A DNA stretch of 64,000 bases, from positions 72,416,001-72,480,000 of the forward strand of contig OZ241827.1 in NCBI GenBank assembly GCA_965202585.1. Reading direction: 5' to 3'. Each line of letters starts with the position of its first letter. Within the stretch, counting starts at the first letter, position 1. The position numbers were made by a program, and so were the translations under genes. The notes beneath the pieces were generated by a model. It was not told the DNA's origin, made no database searches, and worked only from the letters and a program-made list of their open reading frames with translations. The DNA is from Thalia democratica (lineage: Eukaryota). Shown here one piece after another: positions 1 through 12,000 of this stretch.

Positions 1-95
1 CTCGTCGCAGTCGCACGTGTAGTACTGGCTCGGGTCCGCCTGACACCTGCCGTGGCCTCCGCACGGAAGCGTCGAACACGGGTCTCCCTCGATCG
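1..95 (-). CDS. NID: Nidogen exon 28 (EGF, truncated by window edge)
   Basis: CAG acceptor; [31 protein letters not shown]... Confidence 0.88.
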
Positions 96-3000
96 CTGTG
101 TGGAGAATGACTAATTTATTATATACTTGATTTGGTAAGAATAATACTAATGTTCTTTTTTTTATAGAGCATTGATCTCTCCGATTGCTGCGCGAATGTG
201 TTTAAGTAGCTACTAGAGTTTTTGATAAAATTACTAACTATATTGTTGTTTTTTTTGTCAATTTTCACGCACGGATCTCTTTTAACTATTGTGTGTAAAT
301 AAACAATTTTTCTACATATTAGTTGTTATGGAGTTAAATGTACTTAAGTTAAACAGAAAACACCGTCAAACCTTTATTTTAAAATATTTAAGTCTAAACA
401 CTGCTTACAACTGGTTTAAAATTTTACTTATTTTTGGTTTATAATCTGTAAAGTTTTGTTTACTGAAAACATTTTGTTATTCTTATCAGCTGGCTAATCT
501 CTTTAGCCTGTTTATTTCAACTTCCCCTTATCATAACGATACATAAGCTGTTTGTTTAGCTGCTTTCAGAGAGCGCAAAATTTTGCTTAAGAACCACTTG
601 AAATAGGTCAAGAAGTTTATATGAAGAAGAAAATTTCACAAATAGTCGAGGAAATAAGTAAGTTTTACAACTAAGCAATTTTAAATGAGTGAAAATGGCA
701 AGTGTAACTAAATTTTTGTCCAAAATATTTTATTTAAATCTTAACAACTATAAATTCAACGTAATGTAGCTTTAAATGGTAAAAGTAAAGCAACAGCTTA
801 TATTAAACGTTATTTTACTAAGTTATTTTTACTTACTTTAAAACAAAAATAAATTCATAAGTTAAACTTACAAGGTTTTATATATTAAAACATCCAAAAT
901 TTTTATTACAAAAGCTTTGCCATTTTTCGAGCTTGTATAAAAGATCAACTAGCTTTTCTTATAAACTGTTATTGCAATCTTTTGTCTTTGAATTTTCAAA
1001 CTTCCATAATCTTAAATTTTACTAACATCTACCAGTTTTCTGTATTTATTTACACTTTTTGTTTAACATGTCTCATATACTGTATAAACTATTTTATCCA
1101 ATTTATATTAATGATATTTTTTTAAATTCGACTAACGTTTACAGTCGGCTTTCCTGTTGACGAAAACCTCCTTGAAACCCGATTGGCACCTGCACCTGTA
1201 GAAGTCTCCTGATTGCGGGGTGCACTCTCCCACTCCACTGCACACGTTCGGCACCTCGTTGCAAATATCGCTTGCTTCTGTTTGTGAGGGGGGCTCGTTA
1301 AAAAAAATTAGAATATTTGTTATTTGAAATTATTTTAAGAAGAACTGCAAGCTAACAACTGTTATTAAGAATATTAACTATTGAGTTGATAATTCATTCG
1401 TATATGTTTTTTTTGTAAAAATTCCTATTAATCGCAATAAACGTCTTATAAAAAACAAGCTCCTATATTAAATCGAAGATAATTCTAAAAAAACTTATAA
1501 ACTATACAAACTTATAAGTAAATCATTGTCATCAAAATTATGTAAAATCAAAACATTAAATATAGAAAAATAATTTACTTTCGCAGATGCTGCCACGTCC
1601 GGTGTTGGTTTCGAAGTAACCTGACGGGCACCTGCACCTGTGGTGGGCGCCAGGCCTGTCCACGCACTGTCCGACGCCTCCGCATGGGCTGGGCTGGTCG
1701 CAAGTCGAAAATCCAGTGTCCTCACCTCTGCTTTGGTCCCTGTCGCGGTTCCTATCCTGGTTTCTATTTTGATCTCTGTCTTGTTCTCTGTTCCTGTCTT
1801 GTTCACGGTCTCTGTTTCTGTCTTGATCGCGGTCTCTGTTTCTGTCTTGGTCTCTGCCCTGGTCCTGTCCGCGGTGCCCGCTCCTGCTCTGGTCCTGCTC
1901 CCTGCTCCTGTCTTCTTCTTCGTACCTGTTGCTGCCTTGGTTCGACTCGACTTCGATCGTGATCCCTTCGTCGTCTTCGTCGTAGTCGGCTATTGGAAAA
2001 AATTAAAAATCAAAAAAAAAAATTATAGTCTGTATAAGCAATTTTTAACCTGGAGAAAAGTTTTAGGGGTTAATTTTCTCTATTAAAAGTTATGTAAATA
2101 AATTAATCTTAATTTTCCATTTGGTTTATAAGTTAGTGTTTAGCTGTAGTCCTTTATAAGTTAGATTAAATCAATAACGTTTTTTATTTAATTTTTTTTT
2201 TATATGCTCAAAGTTCAAAGACTCTAGTTCTTTTTTTCAAAATTTAACACTACCTTGTATGTTGGGGGCAAATTTAGTAATTACCTTCCATAAAATAAGA
2301 AAGGTTAAGAATCGCTGTTCTATGTGGGTAAAATTTGATGATGTTGATAAAGTTAATCCTACTAGTGATATTTGTTTCTACAAAAACTGTTTCTTTAATA
2401 CCCTTTTGATGAACGGCTCATTAGTATAATTTAATCATATTTAAATAGAATGATGTTAAACGATACGAAGTAGAAAATTCTATTTTAATGAGGTTTTTTT
2501 ACTTATGGGCTCATTGAGCGAAACATTGTTTAAGAAAAAAGCTTTTGAAAAATAAAATTTTGATATTTAGTTTTCTTTGCTGAGAATGAGAACTATAATT
2601 GCTTTATTGACAAATATAAACATAGAGTAAAACCGGTCTTTGAAAATGCACTTGTTAAGAACTTCAAATATAAATTAATATTTCAGTATTTTTTCTGAAC
2701 TTTCAATTTTGATAACAACTAATGTTTTAAAAGTCAGTTTTGCCTATTTCTTATCGGTCAATGTACAAACTCAGTTCTTTGTTGCTATTTATAGGCTGGT
2801 AATGAAGTGTGAAATTGTCAATTTAATAGCTGCCAGAATGTAATTGAGACGCATCTTGCGCACACAAATACATCTTGTGATGTAACAATGGTACATGAGT
2901 TTTTTGTTTGATGTAGACTTATGAAAAGTTACGTAACAATAAACCTCTGCGGTCGGTTTTGAAATTTTCATCGTTATCAGGAAAATTTTATGTAGTTGTG

Positions 3001-6000
3001 TAATAACAACTTTCGGCGCAGAGACGTTTTTTACAACTTGAAAGAAAAAGTATTGCTTTGTTCTTATAAGATTAATATTTCACGTTTCGAACATGTTTTC
3101 ACTCAACGTTTTAAGTATTGTATTAAACTTCTAATGTTTCACACAGAAGCGTGCTTGAAAATAAAAGTTCAATTTAATGATTTAGTACTTATAGAAAATT
3201 TACACTCCAAGTTAAAAGCAAAATTTTATCAGATTAAAATTGCACGTTTTTATCCGAAACGCATTTTGCACAGTTATTGATTTCACAAATCTTGTAAAAA
3301 ATATTATTTTTGCGCTAATTCTGTCACGCAAGCTGCGAACGTATTAAATAACAACCATATAAGGTCGCTTGAGTTCTGCAATAAAGTATTTGAACAACAA
3401 CCGATACAAAAAATTTGGTATAAAATTAGCAAAGCTTGCCATGTATTCCTGAAAGTTTTAAAATCGAGTAATTGTGCTTACTAAACAGTTGTCAAGAGTT
3501 TTTGGGTACAATTAATGTTAATTACATAAACTGAAAATAATATTAAAAATCATACTTGAACAACTACATGTGTAATTTTATTATATTAGTATTTGTTTCT
3601 GTTGAAAGTCAAGTTTGTAATTAAATATGAGCCACATCATAGTCATTGTTAAAAACAACTATCATTTTATAGGATAAACCTTTTAAGACAACGATAAAAA
3701 CCAAAATAATTTGACAAAACGAGGTAAATAAACAATAAAAAATTAAAAAGATAAAAATATCAACTCACCAGTACAAGTGATTATCTCGCTGTCGAAATCT
3801 TCCCTGTACCCTTGCGGGCACCTGCACCTGTGCCTGTTGTTGCCACGGGCAACGCACTCCCCGACCCCGCACGGGTTCACTTCCCCATCGCACGGGCCTA
3901 CGTCGGATCTACTGGGCTGCCTGTCCGGTCCGGGCTCTCTTTGCGGAGATCTTTGTGGTTCCGAGGCGTCTGTTGTTTGATGATAAAAGGTTTTAAAGTT
4001 TCACTAAAAAAATTACTTACCACAAAAACTTTTGTAGGTAAAGTTAATCATTAAAATTATAACTTAATTTTTTTGAAAGTAAATAAATATAGGTTAACAA
4101 CTTTTACCACCAGTCAACCTGTTTCAACGAAGTTTTGCTTTATAAACTTAACAAGTAAAAGAGTTTTGATCACCATATTAACTAATCATGTAAAGAAATT
4201 AAAAGTATTTGAGTTGGTGTTTTTAATTGTATTTAGCTTATAATAAAAATATCATTACCAGCACAATCTAAATTCTTACTGAAAAAAAATCATTTAAACG
4301 AAAAATAAAAGAAGATGTTAAGCAAAGTGCTTTAAAAAAACCTCCATCACAGTTCATTTTGTTGACACAAACAGTTTCATCGAACAGTAATTTCAAACTT
4401 ATATTTTTAAATACAACAATAAAATAACAAATTTCAAAAAATAGTCATCACATTTGATAATTTTAACTCTCATAACAGTTTCATTTATTATTGTTTTTAA
4501 TAATAAAACAACAAAGTACCTCCATCACAGTTCATGTTGTTTACGTCTACTGTCATGCTGCCCTCAACCATCTGTCCCTGCTGGTCGACGCAGTAGCAAG
4601 CTCTTCCGTCCTGGATGCACTGCTTGCTGTAGTACGACCCGTCGTCTTTACACCTTGGAACGTCCGGGGATCCGGCCTCACTTGCTAATCTTTGAGCGAT
4701 CTGACACAGCGTTTGTTGACCTGGAATAAAAACAAATTAAATAATTCATAATAAGATATTTAGATAACTTGCAGTATATTAAGTTTTTTAATTCTTAAAA
4801 AAATTAACTGTCTATAAACATTTACCCAACAAACCTTGTTTGAATTTAAAGTACAAACAACTAAAAAACAAACGCAAAGACAAAACTTAAACTTATACTT
4901 AATCTTATGAAGTTCATACATACCTCTTAACCTATTTAAAAGCTATAAAAAAAGTTGCCAACTTCGTTTTTAGACTATTTAAAACCAAAAATTAAACAAC
5001 GACTTTAAGCAATAAATTAACTTCCATAGCTAAACACATAGTCCTGTAAAAAACCTAAACTAATAACAAAAAACTTATCTGCCTATCAACTTACACAAAA
5101 CCTAAAAAGAGTAACAATTCCCTTTTTAAAATATTTACAAACAAGTATAAAACATACCATAAATGTATTAACAACAAAGCTAACTTCCTTTGAAGTTTTC
5201 GCAGTCGGGCCTCTCCCCGTACCTGAAACTGTCCTCGATGGGCTCACCGCTGATGGGGTCGGCGCAGTAGCAGGCGTCGGGGTAGCCCAGGCATTGCAGG
5301 CGCTCGAAGTTGCCCTCACTGTCGCACGTGGGTATGGGCACGTCCTGCGACCCCTTGCGGATCTCCTCTTCCGCGCTCCGCACCGCCATTAAGCACAGCC
5401 CCGAGAACATCTCGCCTTCTGTGTTGGAGGAAATGAAACATTATTTAAAAAAATTAAGATACAGCTTTGGAAAGTAGCACTTTTTTTCATTTTTAATTAC
5501 TTAGTTTCTGTAGGGTTTTGGAGTTCTAGAAGACAACTTAAACTGCGTTTGGGAAGCTGCTAGCCTTATTTTGTTTTAGTTTTAAGTTTCAAATTTTTAA
5601 GTTTCTGTTGAAGGAGATAAAATGATGTGATACTTTAAAAACGTTTCGAACCAAAATACAACTCAAAAAAGTTAAGTTGTTTTTACAACAATATGAATTT
5701 ACAACAATTCAAAGAACAATTTTACAAATCATTCATGTGATTTTGTTTTGATTTCTGCAAAGTAAAACTTAGGAAGTTGATATTCGTGTTTGTATGTTAA
5801 AACAATTAATATTAACCACAAAATTACAATGAAATGAACACCAATTGGTAAAAAACCTGGCGCAGTTGGGAACTATGGTTAGCACTAACCAAGTAATTGT
5901 TATAAATAAGAGTCTAGCATCTACAAATGCTTACTTAATTTAATTGCTTAGAATAAACCAGGTAATATAAACCAGGTAACAAGAACAACAAGTATGAACG

Positions 6001-9000
6001 CTTACCGGGCACAGTTGGCCTCCCCCTGCCTTCCACGCCATCATCGCCACCGTCGCAGTTCAGGTTCATGGCCTGGTCCCCGGACTCGGTCCTGGTGCCG
6101 GCCACCTCCTCCCCGCTCTGACCGTCTACGCACCAGCAGAAGTGGCCGCTGTAGTCGAAGTCGCACTGCCTGGTCGCGTAGCTGCCGTCCTCGTTGCACA
6201 TGGCAACGTGGTCGGTTGCTAGGGGGTCCTCCAGCTTGCGTCCCTCTGCCGCGGCGTTCTCCCTGAAGCACTTGGAGTCGACGCCTGGTGAAAAAAGTTT
6301 TGTTCATTTTTTGCATGTTTGTTAACGATTTTTTTTTTCGGGTAATATTGCTGGAGTTAACAAACAACCATATCGGTAAAAAAATTGTCAGTTCATTTAA
6401 AGAAATACTTATATTACATTAAAAGAAAATCTACCTATTAAATAACCCTTAATATAATAAAATTATCTACTTCATAAACATAATAATATTAATATAACGG
6501 CATTATCTATTTTACAAATTTAGCTTTAATGACGCCACGTGATTAATGATGTCACGTTTCAAAAAACGAATTATGACGTCACAACCAATAACTAAATAAA
6601 TTTAATCAATTGTGACGTCACAAAAGTTCGCAATTCATCCTCTCCCGTTCCTTCTCCTGCTCCCTTGGATCTCGAAGCCCGTCACGGGATCGGCGCAGTA
6701 GCAGAAGCCGGGGTCGGTCCTATTCTGCTGCTGGGCGCGCTGGTACTCGCTGTCGCAAGGCCTATTTTCCTTGTGGTCTATTGAGAAAAGCTGGGAATCA
6801 ACGAAGGACCAGTTACTTGATCGAAAAATTCTTGTTGCATGTGCAAAAAATGGTTTTTTAAACATTCAGGTTTCATAGTGTGTTAATATCGAGATTTTTA
6901 GGTGCCGCAAGGCATCTGGTCCTCGTAATCTGTGGAATTAACCGAAGCTGCCTCAGAGTCTTGTCGTATGTGTTAATCTTGGTTGGTGGGCTCGAGATCT
7001 CTTTTTGCACTTTAAAGTTCACGCGGTTGTGCAGCATTACAAGTTTGCAGCAGCTGTTGAGAATTGTTGAACTTGCACACCCCTTTTTAAACTTTCATTA
7101 AAAAAACAAGTTGTGAAGACTCACCATATTAATTGTCTTAATCCTCAACGCAGTGGTTGTTTCAAAAAGAATATTTTAAAACTAATATATTTTACCAAAT
7201 ACGTACATTACCAAATCCGTACAAAACCAACTCACCACCTTTATAATGGCTTTGTTAACAATTTATATTTTTAATATAACAATTTTCCCCGATGCCAGAC
7301 GCAAGGCGATGTAAGTGTAAAAACCAATACATAAAAAACCACTAGATCAGAAGTCGGCAAACTGCGGCCCGCGTGCCAAATGCGGCCCTCAAGACCAAAA
7401 TCTGCGGCCCGCGAGGTATGTTTCAGCTAAAAGCACACTTTTTAAAAAACTTGAAAACAAAGTGTTTTGTACTCAAATTACTCAAATATATTTTTTTTGT
7501 TAAAATCAACTCACCGCCGTAATCGTCCTCGTCCTCGGCGCCGCAGCGGGCGAACCCGTTGACCCTGGTTCCCTCCAGCTCCCGGCCCGTCACCCTGTCG
7601 ACGCACCAGCACGTCGACCCGAAGTTGGTGCACTGCCTCGCGGCGAAGAACCCGTCGTACGTGCACTGGGGGTACTCCAGCGCGTTGTTGCGGTTCCTCT
7701 CGTTGTACAGCGACACTTCGTCGTATCTGTGTGGATAGGTTCATTTGGTTTGAAACAAGGTGCTTAACTGTTATGGTGTTTTTATTCATGTGCAACTACG
7801 ATCGCAAATTTTGGAGTTTATAATTAAAGTAAGAAACGATTGAAATAAATAGAACCCGTTTCTAAATTTTGTAAAGTTGTTTCGGGAACGATTGAAAAAT
7901 ATTCGTTCTGCACGAACAAACAGCTACTGAAAAACGTACGGCACATAAAAATTCAAATAGTTTAAAAAATTATTTATATACAATATGCTCATGTACCCCC
8001 TCACCTCTTTTCGCACTCGCTCATCCGCCTCGTCTCGCCCTCGTCCCTGCCGTCGCAGTCCGGCTGGCTGCCGTCGGTGGTCATGGTCCCGTCGATCAGG
8101 TTGCCCGTGTCCGGCATCACGCACCAGCACACCGTCCTGCTCCGGTCGCACTGCCTGCGCATGAACCTGCCCCCCTCGTCGCACTCCACCTCCCACCGGG
8201 CGTCGCTCCGGATGTCGTTGTTCTCCTGCTTCGACTGGCAGATGGTCAGCACCGGCGAGGCGTCGTCCGCGTCTGCGCAAATTATATGAGTGCTTGGTTC
8301 TGTCTTTTGTAAAATTTATTGTTATAGGAAAATGGTAGTAAAGTGAAATAATATTTGTGGTCTGTACTTATGAGTAAAGCTAGATGCTTAAAGCTTTTTG
8401 TGTGCATCCGGTGTCCGAGCAAACGAAATGAACGAGTGTTATTTTCAATTCTGTTGGACATGTAACATAAAGTTTAGTCCCGTCAACTGTGAAAGCTTTT
8501 ATAGCATTAGTAGTAAAATGTATTTGTTAAGTCTAATTTTGATTTTGTTTGTTCTGATGAATTAGTAGATGATTAAAACCGGTTGTGTTTCTCTTTATTA
8601 TATTGAGAGAAACATGTTTGAGAAAACATATTTTTTTTTAATCTATGTTGTGTATAGAATAGTATGTTTAAGTTTAAAGTGTTAGATTTGTGTTGGACTA
8701 TCCTGTGTTTGCAATACAAGAAGTTTAGTTTTAAAACTTAAGTTTCAAAAGTCTTATAAACAAACTCATTTGATTACATATCATTTTATACATCAAAAAA
8801 TCTACTTGAGCTCGATTGATTTTTGTGTTTTTTATTTACTGTTAAAAACTAACAATTTTTCTCACTTGTGGTATGGTTTATTTGACTTTATTGAGTACTT
8901 AGTGTCTGTACATAGGCATGAGATAAAATCTGCTGTGATAATAATCATTTTAAATAATCTTTCAGTATAATATAAAAAAATTCTAAACACCCAAAAACTT

Positions 9001-12000
9001 ATCTTTGCGTTGTTAAAAGTTAAGTTTTATGTGAGCTTGTTGCATGCTTATGATTTTATTTAATGTTATTATTGGGTGGTATACTATGTGTATTAGTTTG
9101 TTAATTAATAATAAATAATAAATAATTAATGCTTAAGTTATATTGCTATTTCTCAAAATGTTTTTTCTTATAACATACAAAGTTGAAATACTTACTTATT
9201 CAAAGTTTATTTTAGTTAATATTATTAGTTATATTTGTGTATAACTTTTGAGCTTAACCAAATAGTTCAATAAATTTTAAGAACTGTAGTTGTACAGGTT
9301 ATTCTTTCATTACCATCTAGTTTTTAAAGATAGTTTCTATTTAACTATAAGTTTTTGAAAATTTTCCAGCTGGCGACAGCCTTTTTATAGTAAATACATG
9401 TACAAGGTTTTCAAGAAATAAAACTGGCTCCGTATTTTTGTAATCTGAGTTGTTAGATAATTCCAACATGTTTTTAAAATAATTCATTCTGGAAAGTCTA
9501 TGTTGTCAATCCCTAATTTTACAAACTTTTAATCAATTTTAAATAACCTCATTGTAGAAGAAATACATACTTATATTTAAGACTAGCAAGGCTCAGAAAG
9601 GCTTAAGTTTAGTTTTATAAGTAGGTTGATGCACCTATGTTGAACTTAACACCTAATTCAAAACTTTACTATCGCTTGAAGTAAAGCATTTGATTGAAAT
9701 TAGCAAACATTTTACTTTAAATAAACTTTAATAGTTTTGTTTTTAAAAATAGTAAAACGTTTGTGCTTTTTTTTTATCACAACAAAGCAATTGATTGATA
9801 GAACTTTGATGAAAAGCTGGAGCGAAATTTTGAAAATACTTTATATTTATATCGGAAGTTGTTTGATGACGTACAAACTTTAAAAATAAAACACAATTTT
9901 AACCATTCACCTTTTTTTAAATAAAAGTTTATTTGGTCTAAACTAAAAATCTAATGATTTTATTTTCTACCAATTTAGACTTATGATTTAAAAGTTCCTC
10001 TAACATATTTAATCTAGCTGCTTCATTATAGCGTGAACTAACTTCAGTAGTGTCTAAATTAAAAAATCATTTAGAATTAAAGCTTTTGTGATGTAAAAAC
10101 ATTCAGTTTTACAAAAGCAATTAAAGTACGGTTTGATGCAGCTACTACTTATCTTAAAACCACTTATATGATATAAAATTAAATATCACTTCCTAAACCA
10201 TATAGTTTTTTGAATCCATGCCATAAATGTTTCGCCTATATACGACCAGATGTTTTAGCAAACTTTTAATGAATTTAGACTTTTGAAAACTTTCATAACA
10301 AACTGCTTCATTTTATATTTATTTTTCAAATTTTTATCGTTCTAAGGTGAGTAAAACTTCATGACTAAAACTCCAAATTCAAAAACAAGTTTTGACAAAA
10401 ATAAAGTTTTAAAATTGACAAACTATCGCTGCTTCAAGTTCACTATCAAGCACAAATTGTTTCCGGGGATTTATAAAATTGGAAAGTTTATAAGCTTTAA
10501 AGTCAGACTTTAAAATATAATTTAACGACTAATATAAATTATTTTTACCGTTCAATATTTAAAGTTTTATTAAAATTTTACTGTCTGCTGGAAATGGAAG
10601 AATTAAAGAACCTTTAACTTATTTTTATTCTTGAAAAAGTGGTGTAAATGAATTTTTGACTTTAACAAAAGGTCAAATAAAAAGTTTATAACTTTCTACA
10701 ATCTACTGTATAATGAACCCACTTATAAAGAACATCAAACTCTTATTCTTACCCTTACAAAGTAACAATCTTTAGTAATAAATCTCATACAATTTTCTTA
10801 TCATACCCGAACTTGGTTATAAAAATATTCCAACCTTCACTGTCGCTCCTGTAGCAGTTCCTGCCGTCTCCTTCGTACCCCTGCTCGCATACGCACTGGT
10901 ACGCCCCGTCGAAGTTCAGACAGTAGGCGTTGCGCGAGCACACGTTGCTGTCGTCAGCGCACTCGTCCACGTCTGTTACGTCATAATTACGTCATAGTCA
11001 GTTTGTTGCGTCATGATTAGTTACGTCATAGTTAGTATGTGTTGTTGATTGCAAAATTTTGTTTAGCATGATAGTAAGTGGTTATTTTGCTACAATCGTT
11101 GATTATTACAATACAAATAATTATTATAGCAGCACATTTACATAAAATTAAACTATAAATAGTTTAATTATGTAAGTTTTCATAGTCGATTTTCAGATAG
11201 AGACTTAAAATTTGCTTTTAATTAACACGTAACAAAGAAGTTAGTAAAATAAAAATACTGTAGATTACATACTTTTAAGTTATTAACTCTACTTTTTAAA
11301 GTTCAAAACAAATCTCTGTAACATCTTCAACATATTCAAAAACGAGCTATGAAAAATAAAAAATTAAAACTGCTTGAATTTTTACAAATGCATAATCACA
11401 ATTCGAACCAAGAAAGAAATCTCGAGAGATGTTTGTTTATTTGCAGTCACGATTCATTAAAGATGAAAAGCGTACTGTTTTTGCATAAAAAAGAAAAATA
11501 AGCACATGATGCCAACAAAAAAAGAATATTTTTAATAGCTGGATGACAAAATACACGGTTCATTTGGGTAACGACCGTTTTGTTTTATTTGTGACGTAGT
11601 AATTGTGTTTTTTGTTATTGTCACCGATGCTTTTAACACCTAAGGTAAAAGGTTCTAGAAAAAAAGTTTAATTCTTTTTTTAAATAAATATTTAATGATT
11701 TTTATTTTAAAAATATAAAAATGAAGCATCACTTATTTTAAAAGGTATTTCTTTCAGTATGTATGTCAAGAAAAGTTTTTATACTCAGTAATCAATCTCA
11801 GTAATTATAAATCAGATGACATGCAGTTGTTTCAATATTTTTACAAAATACAACGAATTTAACTATTTATTTTACAGCCCAATAAAAAGATAAAAGAAAC
11901 TGTATTAAAACAAAGTGATAAGTATGTTTTATACACAGAATTTTTTGAAACGTTTTTGTACTTAATGATTACCGCTGAATATAATTAATCTAAAAAAATG

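Noticed and set aside
1495-2086. ORF-track entries 1495-1806(-), 1640-2086(+), 1684-1962(+), the second looking like a multi-pass hydrophobic protein
   Set aside because: Alternative frames or antisense shadows of the low-complexity exon 26; the true frame continues the EGF array.
2780-3400. Slightly GC-richer intron segment with ORFs 2789-2971 and 2996-3280
   Set aside because: No recognisable domain, splice sites or TE termini; could be an old repeat but unsupported.
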